Assembly (NCBI GenBank): GCA_002010665.1
Contig: MTON01000027.1
Location: 22,780-86,779 of the forward strand
Direction of reading: 5' to 3'
Source of the DNA: Candidatus Aminicenantes bacterium JdFR-78
GTDB lineage: Bacteria; Acidobacteriota; Aminicenantia; JdFR-78
Length of the DNA: 64,000 nt
Below, piece by piece: positions 50,292 through 59,877 of the stretch. A model generated the notes under the pieces. That model made no database searches and had not been told where the DNA came from. It saw only the letters and a program-made list of their open reading frames with translations. The position numbers were made by a program, and so were the translations under genes. Each line of letters begins with the position of its first letter. Positions within the stretch are counted from its first letter, which is position 1.

Positions 50292-51746
50292 ATGAATTTA
50301 AAAGCGGATTTTCCGGAGAAAGATTTATTTGTGAAGCTTTTTGGAGAGAATGTTTATGCAGTTGGGGGATATGTGCGGGATTTGCTCATGGGTATTCATT
50401 CAAAGGATGTGGATATTCTGATTACAAAACATACAGTTGACGAAATTGTTAATAAAATTTCAAAATACGGTCGGGTGGACCTTGTTGGAAAAAGTTTTGG
50501 AGTTATAAAATTTACAACAAAGGGTAGAACCTATGATGTTTCTTTACCCAGGACAGAGGTTCTTGATGAATCTCGGAAAAAAGACCATAAGAATTTCATT
50601 ATTTCGGCTGATCCGAATTTACCTATTGAAAAAGACCTTGAGAGACGAGATTTCAGATGTAACAGTATAGCACTTAGATTAATAGATGGAAAAATCATTG
50701 ATCCATTTAATGGTCAGAAAGATATTAAAGAAAAAATAATTCGGATAACAAATCCAAAAACTTTTCCTGACGATCCCTTGAGAGTCTTGAGAATTGCCAG
50801 ATTTGCATCAATTTTGAATTTTAGAGTTGATCCTGAGTTGTATTACATATCTCAACGAATTGATTTAAAGGGTCTCAGTGTGGAGAGAATTAATGAGGAA
50901 TTATTTAAAATCCTCCTTCTCTCGGATAGACCCTCAATAGGTTTGAAAGAGTTTTTCAAACTCGGGGTTTTATATCAATTGTTTCCAGAACTTTACAAAC
51001 TTACTCTGACTATTCAAGATTCAGTTTTTCATCCTGAAAAAGATGAGTTTGGTCACCATACTGTATGGCATCATACCTTGATTACAGTGGATCAGGCAAA
51101 GAGATTGTGTAAAAAATTTAATTTGAGCGAGGAAAAAAGTTTAGCATTATTATTAGCAGCCCTTTATCATGATGTAGGAAAAAGTGAAACTGCAAAATGG
51201 GAATATAAAAATGGAAGAATGGTTATTACAAATAATCGCCACGATGTCATAGGAGCAAAAATAACTGAAGAGGTTTTCAACAGATTTAAAATATATTCAT
51301 GGAATGGCTATGATTTGAGGAAAATGGTTTTAATTCTTGTAAGGACACATCACCGTTCAACTGACCTATGGCAGAACAGGCATAATGTGACTCGCAGAGC
51401 TTTTAACAGGCTTGCAGCAGATGTTGAAGGTGAAATCGAGCTTCTCATACTTCTGGATGCAGCTGATAGGGCAGGTAGATATGAGGAGTTAATAGATGAT
51501 TTAGATGAACAAGGAAAATGGCTTTTTAAAAAATTCGAGGAACTCAGAGTATCAAAGGAAACGATTAAACCTCTTGTAATGGGGAGGGATTTATTAAAAC
51601 TTGGTTTCTCACCCGGACCTAAACTCGGAAAGATATTGAAGAAGCTTTATGAAATGCAACTTGACAATGAATTTCAGACAAAAGAGGAAGGCATTAAACT
51701 AGCATCCAAAGTATCAAAAGAATTATTCGGGAAAGAAAAAGTATAA
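50292..51746 (+). CDS. cca: tRNA nucleotidyltransferase (CCA-adding enzyme) with HD domain
   Basis: Class II Pol-beta head 'AVGGYVRDLLMG...DVD', neck/body, C-terminal HD 'LYHDVGK'. Confidence 0.8.
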   Translation: MNLKADFPEKDLFVKLFGENVYAVGGYVRDLLMGIHSKDVDILITKHTVDEIVNKISKYGRVDLVGKSFGVIKFTTKGRTYDVSLPRTEVLDESRKKDHKNFIISADPNLPIEKDLERRDFRCNSIALRLIDGKIIDPFNGQKDIKEKIIRITNPKTFPDDPLRVLRIARFASILNFRVDPELYYISQRIDLKGLSVERINEELFKILLLSDRPSIGLKEFFKLGVLYQLFPELYKLTLTIQDSVFHPEKDEFGHHTVWHHTLITVDQAKRLCKKFNLSEEKSLALLLAALYHDVGKSETAKWEYKNGRMVITNNRHDVIGAKITEEVFNRFKIYSWNGYDLRKMVLILVRTHHRSTDLWQNRHNVTRRAFNRLAADVEGEIELLILLDAADRAGRYEELIDDLDEQGKWLFKKFEELRVSKETIKPLVMGRDLLKLGFSPGPKLGKILKKLYEMQLDNEFQTKEEGIKLASKVSKELFGKEKV

Positions 51747-51754
51747 GAATTCAA

Positions 51755-52729
51755 ATGAGAATTTTAGTTACTGGTGGAGCAGGGTATATAGGCTCCCATA
51801 CTGTAAAAGAACTTGAAAAACAGAATTACGAAGTAATTATCTTTGACAATCTTTCTACTGGAAGAAAAGAATTAGTCAAAGGTAAAAAGCTAATAATAGG
51901 AGATTTAAAAAATCTTGATGAAGTTAGGGAAGTTTTTAGGAAATATAAGTTTGATGCAGTTATGCATTTTGCTTCCTTGATTCAGGTGGGAGAATCCTAT
52001 AAAAATCCATTGAAATATTATAGAGAGAATATTTTAAATAGTTTGAATCTTCTTCAGACAATGGTAGAAGAAGGAGTGAATTATTTTATTTTTTCCTCAA
52101 GTGCAGCAGTTTACGGTATTCCTAAATTTACGCCAATTAGTGAAGATCATCCATTAAATCCAGTTAATCCATATGGAGAGACGAAATTTTTTATTGAAAA
52201 AATGTTACAGAATTTTGATAGAGCCTATGGATTAAAGTATGTTTCACTGAGGTATTTTAATGCTGCAGGTGCAGATCCTGACGGAGAATTAGGAGAGCTT
52301 CATGAGCCTGAGACTCATCTTATACCGAATATTCTGCTTTTTCTTCTTGGTAAAAAAGAGAGATTTGAAATTTATGGGAATGATTTTCCAACACCTGATG
52401 GCACAGCCATCAGGGATTATATTCATGTAACTGATTTAGCAAGAGCACATGTCCTAGCTCTAAAAAAACTTTTTAAGACTAAAAAAAGCGAGGTGTTCAA
52501 TTTAGGAGTGAAAAAAGGGCATTCTGTTCTGGAAGTTGTAAAAGAAGTGGAAAAAGTAACAGGGAAAAAAGTGGAGTATACTATCAAACCAAGAAGGGAA
52601 GGAGATGTTCCAATTCTGATTGCAAGCGAAGAGCGGGCAAGAAAAGAGCTAAACTGGAAACCTCAGTATTCTGATTTAAAGACCATAATACAAACTGCCT
52701 GGAACTGGCATAGAAAACAAGTTATTTGA
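51755..52729 (+). CDS. galE: UDP-glucose 4-epimerase
   Basis: 'VTGGAGYIGSH', 'YxxxK', about 324 aa, characteristic GalE C-terminus. Confidence 0.85.
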   Translation: MRILVTGGAGYIGSHTVKELEKQNYEVIIFDNLSTGRKELVKGKKLIIGDLKNLDEVREVFRKYKFDAVMHFASLIQVGESYKNPLKYYRENILNSLNLLQTMVEEGVNYFIFSSSAAVYGIPKFTPISEDHPLNPVNPYGETKFFIEKMLQNFDRAYGLKYVSLRYFNAAGADPDGELGELHEPETHLIPNILLFLLGKKERFEIYGNDFPTPDGTAIRDYIHVTDLARAHVLALKKLFKTKKSEVFNLGVKKGHSVLEVVKEVEKVTGKKVEYTIKPRREGDVPILIASEERARKELNWKPQYSDLKTIIQTAWNWHRKQVI

Positions 52730-52852
52730 CTTAAGATTTTACAAGTGTTATAAACTTTTTTGAATGTTGGAAATTTTTAACAGCATTTATTTTAAGAAGA
52801 CCATTCATAATTCACATTTTACATTTCACAGAATAATAGGAAAGGAGGGAGC

Positions 52853-55800
52853 ATGAAATTAAAAAGCATATTTGTTTTTATTCTGGCATTTATTTTATGT
52901 TATGGGATTGTTTATGCTCCTCAGGAAGCAAGAGTTCTTCGTTTTCCAGCAATTTATAAGGATCAAATAGTTTTTACCTATGCTGGAGATTTATACACTG
53001 TTTCAGCAAAGGGTGGAATAGCAAGAAAGCTTACAAGTCATGAAGGTTATGAAATGTTTGCTCGTTTTTCTCCTGATGGAAAGATGATTGCTTTCACAGC
53101 AGAATATGATGGAAATCGAGAAGTTTATGTGATGCCAAGCAAGGGAGGTATTCCAAAAAGAGTTACCTATACACCTGTTTTAAGGAGGGATGATGTTGCG
53201 GATAGAATGGGTCCAAACAATATTGTAATGGGATGGAAACATGACAACAAACACATTGTTTTCCGTTCACGAATGAGGGAATGGAATAGCTTTAATGGTC
53301 AACTTTATCTTGTCCCATGTGATGGTGGAACTCCTGTTCAGTTACCTCTACCAAGAGGAGGATTCTGTTCCTTTTCTCCGGATGATAAAAAGCTTGCTTA
53401 TAATCGTATATTTCGTGAATTCAGAACATGGAAAAGATATAGGGGCGGAATGGCGGATGATATATGGATTTATGATTTTGAAACTAAAAAAGTAACAAAT
53501 ATTACAAATAATCCAGCACAGGATATTATTCCAATGTGGAGTGGAGATAAAATTTACTTCCTTTCTGATAGAGACGAAAACAAGAGAATGAATTTATATG
53601 TATATGACCTGAAGACAAAACAGACTCGGAAACTTACAAATTTCACAGAATATGACATCAAATTCCCGTCTCTGGGTCCGGACGCAATAGTTTTTGAATA
53701 TGGTGGATACATTTACCGCTTTGACTTAAAAACAGAAAAAGTTTCCAAGGTTCCAATTTTTATTGCTGATGATATGGTTACTGGAAGGGATAAGATAATA
53801 AATGTAAAGGATTATATTACAACCTTTCATGTCTCTCCAGGAGGGAAAAGAGCACTTTTTGGTGCAAGAGGAGAGATATTTACAATTCCAATTAAATATG
53901 GAAATACCAGAAATTTAACAAATACCTCTGGTGTTCATGAAAGAAATCCCCGATGGTCACCTGATGGAAAATGGATTGCATTTATTTCAGATAAAAGCGG
54001 AACAGGGGAAATTTATATTATGCGACAGGATGGTTCAGGTAAACCAGAACAGCTTACCTTTAATGGAGATACATATAAATATGAAATTCTCTGGTCTCCG
54101 GATGGAAAAAAGATTATGTGGAGTGATAAAAAACTTAGATTGAATTATGTTGATGTGGAGACCAAAAAGGTTGTGCAAGTGGCAAAGGCTGATATTTGGG
54201 AAATTCGTCAATATTGCTGGTCTCCTGATAGTAAATGGATAGCATATGCAAAGCCAGAAGTTAAAGGCATGACAAAAATTTATTTATATAATCTGGATAC
54301 AAAGAAGACATATGAAGTGACAGAAGGGTGGTATTCCTCATATGCTCCTTGTTTCAGTTCTGATGGAAAATACCTCTTCTTTGTTTCTGATAGAGAATTT
54401 AATCCTGTTTATAGCAGGGTGGAGTGGAATTATGCCTATCTTGCAATGGCAAAAATTTATTTTGTGACATTGAGGCGGGATATAAAGTCTCCATTTGAAC
54501 CTAAGAGTGATGAGGTTGAGATAAAAGAAAAGGAGAAAAAATTGCCTGAAAGTAAATCCAAGAAAGGTAAAGAGAAAAAAGTAAAAGAGAAAAAGAAAGT
54601 AGTAGAGGTTAAGATTGACCCTGTTGGACTGAAAGACAGAATTATTGCACTTCCAATTGAAACCGCTAACTACTGGCATATCACATCAATTGGAGACAGG
54701 ATTTATTATATGAAAAGAAAAGATCTGGAAAGGAAGTCATATTTGATGATGTATGACCTGAAGGCGCAAAAAGAGACAAATCTTGGAAATATTGATAGAT
54801 ATGAAATTTCTCCTGATAAGAAAAAGATGATTATAAGGAAAGGGAAAGACTATGCAATAATAGATTTGCCCGTTTCTCCAATAAAAATAAAAGAGAAACT
54901 AGACCTTTCTCATATGGAGATGAAGCTTAATCGGAAGGAAGAGTGGAATCAGATTTTTAATGAGTGCTGGCGTCATATGAAATACTTCTTCTATGACCCA
55001 AACATGCATGGAGTGGATTGGGAAGCAATGAGACGCAAATACGAACCCCTGGCAAGAGCAGTTAATCATCGCGCAGATTTGACTTATGTGATAGGAGAGA
55101 TGATTGGAGAGTTAAATGTTGGTCATGCTTATGTGGGTGGAGGAGATGTGCCAAAAGTTAAAAGGATTAAAGTTGGTATGCTGGGTGCCCAGTTTGAGCG
55201 GGATCCAAAAACTGGATATTACAAAATTGTAAAAATTCTGAAAGGACAGAACTGGAGCAAGAGACTCAGGTCACCTTTAACTGAGGTTGGTGTTAATGTT
55301 AAAGAAGGGGAATATTTAATTGCAATTAATGGAAAGCCAACAAATAAGATGAAAGACATGTATGAGGCTCTGGTTAATACAGTAGGGAAGCAGGTTAAGC
55401 TAAAAGTAAATAGTAAACCGACGGAAAAAGGTGCAAGAGAGGTTGTGGTTGTTCCGATTGAGAGCGAACAGGACCTTTATTACTATAACTGGGTTCAGAA
55501 AAATATTGAAAAGGTTAATAAAGCGACAAATGGAAAAGCGGGTTATATTCATATTCCGGATATGGGAAGAAGAGGCCTCAATGAATTTGTGAAGTATTTT
55601 TATCCTCAGCTGAGAAAAAAGGCTTTAATTATAGATGTTCGTGGTAATGGAGGAGGAAATGTTTCTCCAATGATAATTGAGCGTTTGAGAAGAGAAATTG
55701 CAATGATTGGGATTGCAAGAAATACTGTGCCGAGCCCTGACCCAGAAGCTCTAATACTCGGTCCAAAGGTGTGTTTGATTGATGAATTTTCAGCCTCAGA

Positions 55801-56140
55801 TGGAGATATTTTCCCTTATAGATTTAAGAAATATAAACTTGGAAAGTTAATTGGAAAACGGACATGGGGAGGCGTTGTTGGTATCAGAGGCACTTTACCT
55901 CTTGTTGATGGTGGATATTTAATGAAACCTGAATTTGCTATTTATGATACAGAAGGGAAGAAGTGGATTATTGAGGGTCATGGTGTGGAACCTGATATCT
56001 ATGTGGATAATGACCCAGCGAAAGAGTATGCTGGAATAGATGAACAGTTGAATAAAGCTATTGAAGTTATTCTTGAAGAGCTGAAGACAAAAGAAAAAGA
56101 ATTACCTCCACCACCACCTTATCCAAAGAAAGATAAATGA
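52853..56140 (+). CDS. Tricorn-protease homolog (S41 family) with tandem beta-propellers and PDZ domain
   Basis: 1095 aa, signal peptide, repeated 'SPDGK' blades, PDZ. C-terminal S41 catalytic domain ('VRGNGGG', 'FSASDGD', 'EGHGVEPD'). Confidence 0.8.
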   Translation: MKLKSIFVFILAFILCYGIVYAPQEARVLRFPAIYKDQIVFTYAGDLYTVSAKGGIARKLTSHEGYEMFARFSPDGKMIAFTAEYDGNREVYVMPSKGGIPKRVTYTPVLRRDDVADRMGPNNIVMGWKHDNKHIVFRSRMREWNSFNGQLYLVPCDGGTPVQLPLPRGGFCSFSPDDKKLAYNRIFREFRTWKRYRGGMADDIWIYDFETKKVTNITNNPAQDIIPMWSGDKIYFLSDRDENKRMNLYVYDLKTKQTRKLTNFTEYDIKFPSLGPDAIVFEYGGYIYRFDLKTEKVSKVPIFIADDMVTGRDKIINVKDYITTFHVSPGGKRALFGARGEIFTIPIKYGNTRNLTNTSGVHERNPRWSPDGKWIAFISDKSGTGEIYIMRQDGSGKPEQLTFNGDTYKYEILWSPDGKKIMWSDKKLRLNYVDVETKKVVQVAKADIWEIRQYCWSPDSKWIAYAKPEVKGMTKIYLYNLDTKKTYEVTEGWYSSYAPCFSSDGKYLFFVSDREFNPVYSRVEWNYAYLAMAKIYFVTLRRDIKSPFEPKSDEVEIKEKEKKLPESKSKKGKEKKVKEKKKVVEVKIDPVGLKDRIIALPIETANYWHITSIGDRIYYMKRKDLERKSYLMMYDLKAQKETNLGNIDRYEISPDKKKMIIRKGKDYAIIDLPVSPIKIKEKLDLSHMEMKLNRKEEWNQIFNECWRHMKYFFYDPNMHGVDWEAMRRKYEPLARAVNHRADLTYVIGEMIGELNVGHAYVGGGDVPKVKRIKVGMLGAQFERDPKTGYYKIVKILKGQNWSKRLRSPLTEVGVNVKEGEYLIAINGKPTNKMKDMYEALVNTVGKQVKLKVNSKPTEKGAREVVVVPIESEQDLYYYNWVQKNIEKVNKATNGKAGYIHIPDMGRRGLNEFVKYFYPQLRKKALIIDVRGNGGGNVSPMIIERLRREIAMIGIARNTVPSPDPEALILGPKVCLIDEFSASDGDIFPYRFKKYKLGKLIGKRTWGGVVGIRGTLPLVDGGYLMKPEFAIYDTEGKKWIIEGHGVEPDIYVDNDPAKEYAGIDEQLNKAIEVILEELKTKEKELPPPPPYPKKDK

Positions 56141-56264
56141 GAAATGTGAAATGTAAAATGAAAAGCTGAATATCGAAAAACGGAAACCGGAAATCGGAAA
56201 ACGGAAATTAAAAATAATCTTTCATTCAATTTTTTCTGCATTTTCGATTTTCTTTAAGTCATCA

Positions 56265-56298
56265 ATAAAGGCGTCATACGCCTTTATACAATATTTTT
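56265..56298 (+). terminator. Rho-independent terminator after the tricorn gene
   Basis: 10-bp stem ATAAAGGCGT / ACGCCTTTAT with 3-nt loop, followed by 'ACAATATTTTT'. Confidence 0.5.
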
Positions 56299-56461
56299 GA
56301 CAGTGAAGGGCATATATAAAAAATTCTTTAAAGACAAGTATTTAGAAGAAAAGTAAATCGTATACCATAGAAGAAAACGACAGAGTTTTCCGCATCCTCA
56401 GAGGTTACAGAGTCTTCTGAAAAAAATGATTTTTTTCATAATGGATAATTTTTCATTGGAA

Positions 56462-57601
56462 TTAATATTTTATCTCATTCCAGTTTTCAATTTTTAATCT
56501 TTTAATCATTATATTTCCTGTTTCCTTGGAGCGAAGAAGAGAATAGATATAACCTCGCTTGATTACATGCGGATAGCAAGGTAACTTCGTATAATACAAG
56601 AACTTCCCTTTTGAACTGAAAATATCTATGTCCCATTCCTCTCTCTTATCAGATGGTGACTTAAATTTAATTACCCATATTCTTCCTTTCTCGTCAGTAA
56701 GTATATCAGTAAAAAATGGACAGTATTCAGGAATATACATCCTCTTTAATTTTTTGGCTTTCCTTGGAACAGGAATCGGATTTTCATCTTTTTTTATTTC
56801 AAAAATTAAATTACCTTCTTTATCAAGAACAAATAATCTATATTCATCTGACTTTGCATATATAATTTTATTTTCAAATGAAGCGAGAACTAATCTTAGA
56901 GCATATGGGCTCAAAACTCCTCCAAAAACTCCTCCACCTCCTTTGCCTTTTATTTTTATATTTCTCTCAATTAATTTATCTATTTCTTTTATCAGTTTGC
57001 CTTTAAAATCCAGCATAACAAGACAGTTGTATGCTCCGCTTTCCTCAAATTGAAGAACTGGAATAAAAATTCTCTGCTCAGATGTAATTACAAAGCGAAG
57101 ACCTAAATAAGGAGGGATTGAAAAATCAAAAGTCGAATAATCACAGGGAATTCTCTCTACAAAATCTCCATTTTTATTAAACTTCTCAATCTCTCTTCCA
57201 TCTTTAACATATATGTTATCTTCAGTGTCAATAAATATAGAAACTGGAAATTCAAACTCACCAGGTCCTTTCCCTCTTCTTCCAATTGTTTTAAGGTATT
57301 TTCCATTTTTATTAAATACTTGAACTCTACAATTTCCCCTATCAACTATATAGATGTTTCTCCTGCTATCAACCCCAATATCTGAAACCCGATAAAACAT
57401 ATAATTCTCATCTATTTCTGATTCCTTGATTGTTAAGTCTTCCTTTAATTTAAGTTTTAATTCACTACATTCAGGGTTAATCTCAGAACTACATATTTCT
57501 ATAAAAGCAAAAAACATAAAATAAAGAAGACATAACAAATAACCCTTTTTATTTTGTGTTCTCATCTGATAATTTTTTATAAAATAATTTTCGAATTTCA
57601 A
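56462..57601 (-). CDS. Secreted NHL-type beta-propeller protein (paralog family A, copy 1)
   Basis: Signal peptide. First blade is a canonical NHL repeat 'GRRGKGPGEFEFPVSIFIDTEDNIYVKD'. Paralogous to 57912-58999, 60322-61446 and 63693->64000. Confidence 0.55.
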   Translation of the reverse strand: MKFENYFIKNYQMRTQNKKGYLLCLLYFMFFAFIEICSSEINPECSELKLKLKEDLTIKESEIDENYMFYRVSDIGVDSRRNIYIVDRGNCRVQVFNKNGKYLKTIGRRGKGPGEFEFPVSIFIDTEDNIYVKDGREIEKFNKNGDFVERIPCDYSTFDFSIPPYLGLRFVITSEQRIFIPVLQFEESGAYNCLVMLDFKGKLIKEIDKLIERNIKIKGKGGGGVFGGVLSPYALRLVLASFENKIIYAKSDEYRLFVLDKEGNLIFEIKKDENPIPVPRKAKKLKRMYIPEYCPFFTDILTDEKGRIWVIKFKSPSDKREEWDIDIFSSKGKFLYYTKLPCYPHVIKRGYIYSLLRSKETGNIMIKRLKIENWNEIKY

Positions 57602-57602
57602 G

Positions 57603-57908
57603 CTATGTTTTAGTGTAGGGGCAGCATCTACTATAAGAAGCTACTGGCTCGTTATTAATAATGCACTGGCATAAAACGCATTCTCTTGAACCGCCATCAA
57701 TTCCACAAAAAACGTCCTCGCAATAACCAAATGTCTCACAAAAAATAATAAGAAATCCTTCTCTGCTTCGTTCGCAAATAAGGGAGGCTCGGCAGTGTTT
57801 TCTTTCTGCCGCATGAACAAATTTTACCACCATAAGTATTGCTAAAATTAGTGCTATCCCAATGCTTAAACCAATTAAAAGATGTTTGTTTTTTGATAAA
57901 CTTTTCAT
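57603..57908 (-). CDS. Small Cys-rich protein with N-terminal signal/anchor (101-aa class)
   Basis: N-terminal hydrophobic helix then 11 Cys in about 65 aa. SD 'AAGGGGA' 6 nt upstream. Stop lies 1 nt from the start of the downstream beta-propeller gene. Confidence 0.5.
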   Translation of the reverse strand: MKSLSKNKHLLIGLSIGIALILAILMVVKFVHAAERKHCRASLICERSREGFLIIFCETFGYCEDVFCGIDGGSRECVLCQCIINNEPVASYSRCCPYTKT

Positions 57909-57911
57909 TTT

Positions 57912-58999
57912 AATCCCCTTTTAAAGTTTTGGAATTTTAAACTTTATAAATTTTAATTCATATTTATCCTTTAAATGTCCATATTCAAGAACATATTTCC
58001 TATTTTTTCTATCTAAAGCAAAACCCCGGAGAATAAAAGGAACATTTTTTATAAATAATTTAATAAATTTATTTTTATAATTTCCATTTAAATCAAAAAT
58101 ATATACTTTTCTCCTTATTCCACATAATAAATTATTTTCTATAACTTCTATTCCAAAAATGTATCTAATAGCATATATTCCATCCTCACTTATTACATTC
58201 TGAGGGGTTTCAAATGGAAGTTTTGATTCTTTTATAAATTTATCAATTTCTAATACACCCCTGACTTTTAATTTTCTTAAGTTTCTAAAAAAGACTAACT
58301 CACCTTTTGAAGTATATTTATATATTTAAATATAACTGGATAAAAAACGAACGCACCGTATATATTGTCTTTGTTATCTATTATTAATTTTGCTTTATTA
58401 AAAAAACAATATGCTTCTATATCTTTTGTAGGAATTATTTTTCCAAAGGTCTTTGTTAGTTTACCGTTTTCATTAAAACCAGAAATCAATTTTTTATTCA
58501 AGAATTTGCTTTTATTTTTACTATCAAGAAAAATCATTTTTTTAGAACCAACTACAATTGAACTCACCCCATATAATTCCTCTTGAATGGAAATTTTCTT
58601 TTTAAATTTTCCGCTTAAATCATATACTTTAATACTGTTATCACCATTTATTATGTAAATTAATCCTTTTTTAATAAAAAAGGCTTGAGGCTTATAAAGT
58701 GATTGCTCATCTTGACCTATCTGTCCAATTTGTCCAATTATTTTACCTTTCTCATTTAACTTTAAAATTCTGTGATTCTCTCTATCCAAGGCATAGATAA
58801 TACCGTCATTGTAAGCAAAAAGTGTTTGCGTCAAATAAAAATTAAGATTCATTTTATCAAAATCTTCTGTCTCTGTGTCAAAAAGCACCTTTGCATTAAC
58901 TTTGATTTCTTTCTCAAAGGCTGGAGAGGAGATTAAAAGGTGGAACGATATTATTAAAAGATAAAATAGAATTAAAAGTAATTTAAATATTCTCTTCAT
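57912..58999 (-). pseudogene. Frameshifted paralog of the NHL beta-propeller family
   Basis: ORF 58295-58999 (234 aa) stops at about two-thirds of paralog length. The remaining C-terminal third ('...DGIYAIRYIFGIEVIENNLLCGIRRKVYIFDLNGN...') continues in a different frame to a TAA at 57921-57923 with no ATG. Shift lies near an A6 run at about 58285-58291. Confidence 0.5.
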
Positions 59000-59849
59000 T
59001 TACTCTTCATAAGCAATTTTAGTATCGCATTAAATATATACTCTTCGCTCATTCCAATTTTCTCAACGAAAATTATTTTTTTATTTTTTATTAATACGGT
59101 AAAAGGATCATTCTTTAAAAAATCATCAGTAATATATTTTTGCTCATCTGGTAATAAATTGAAATTGGGGCATTAAATATATCTCAAAAGGTATTTTTAT
59201 ATATCCTTTAATTTCCTTTACATCATTACTGTTAAATGGATCAAGAAAAGTAATCAACACCCTGCTTTTAATCTTTTCTTTTTTCAATCTGTCCCGTAGC
59301 TTAATCAAGGTATTAATTCTTTTCCCTGTCTTGCACAAGCTGCAAAAAGATGAAAAAATAGTTAAAATTATATTATCTCCTCTTGAAATATTTCTTAGGT
59401 AAATTTTTTTTTCTTCCTCACATCGTAAAGAATTAAATCAGGAACTTCTTTCCCTTTAATAAATATCGTCTGCTCAGACGGTTTTTTAAATATATAATTA
59501 ATTTTCCCAAGGATACTCTTTTCCACCAATTGCCTCATCTCTTCTTCACTGATTAAACTTTTTGAATAAAATTCAATTTTCCATTTTTAAAATCTTTGTC
59601 TTTATATCGCTTAAATAATACTTCTGCATAAACTAATTTGAATTTGTCAGATATGTATAGGGGGTCAAAAAATAGAATAAAAAGATTTTTCACTTTTTCT
59701 TCACATAAAACAAATAAGTTTCCATTAATATCCTCAGCGTAAAAGTCCGGAGCTCTGTCTCCATAAGAAAATGCTTTTTTCTCCACTCCCACCAAGAAAG
59801 ACCAGAGGAAAATTGTTAAAATCATTGCTGAAATCAGCAATGCACTCAA
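58996..59849 (-). pseudogene. Disrupted TlpA-like thioredoxin-fold gene (at least two frameshifts)
   Basis: Three frames each match successive parts of the intact copy 61931-62497: N-terminal anchor plus 'APDFYAEDINGN' (frame of 59553-59849), CxxC 'FCSLCKTG...' (frame of 59144-59338), C-terminus '...KIGMSEEYIFNAILKLL' (to 58996). T9 homopolymer at 59404-59412. Confidence 0.45.
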
Positions 59850-59877
59850 TACGTTTATTGACTTCTTAAATCTCGTT

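Noticed and set aside
56628-57053. 141-aa plus-strand ORF inside the beta-propeller paralog
   Set aside because: It is antisense to a gene that has a canonical NHL repeat and a signal peptide. No independent support
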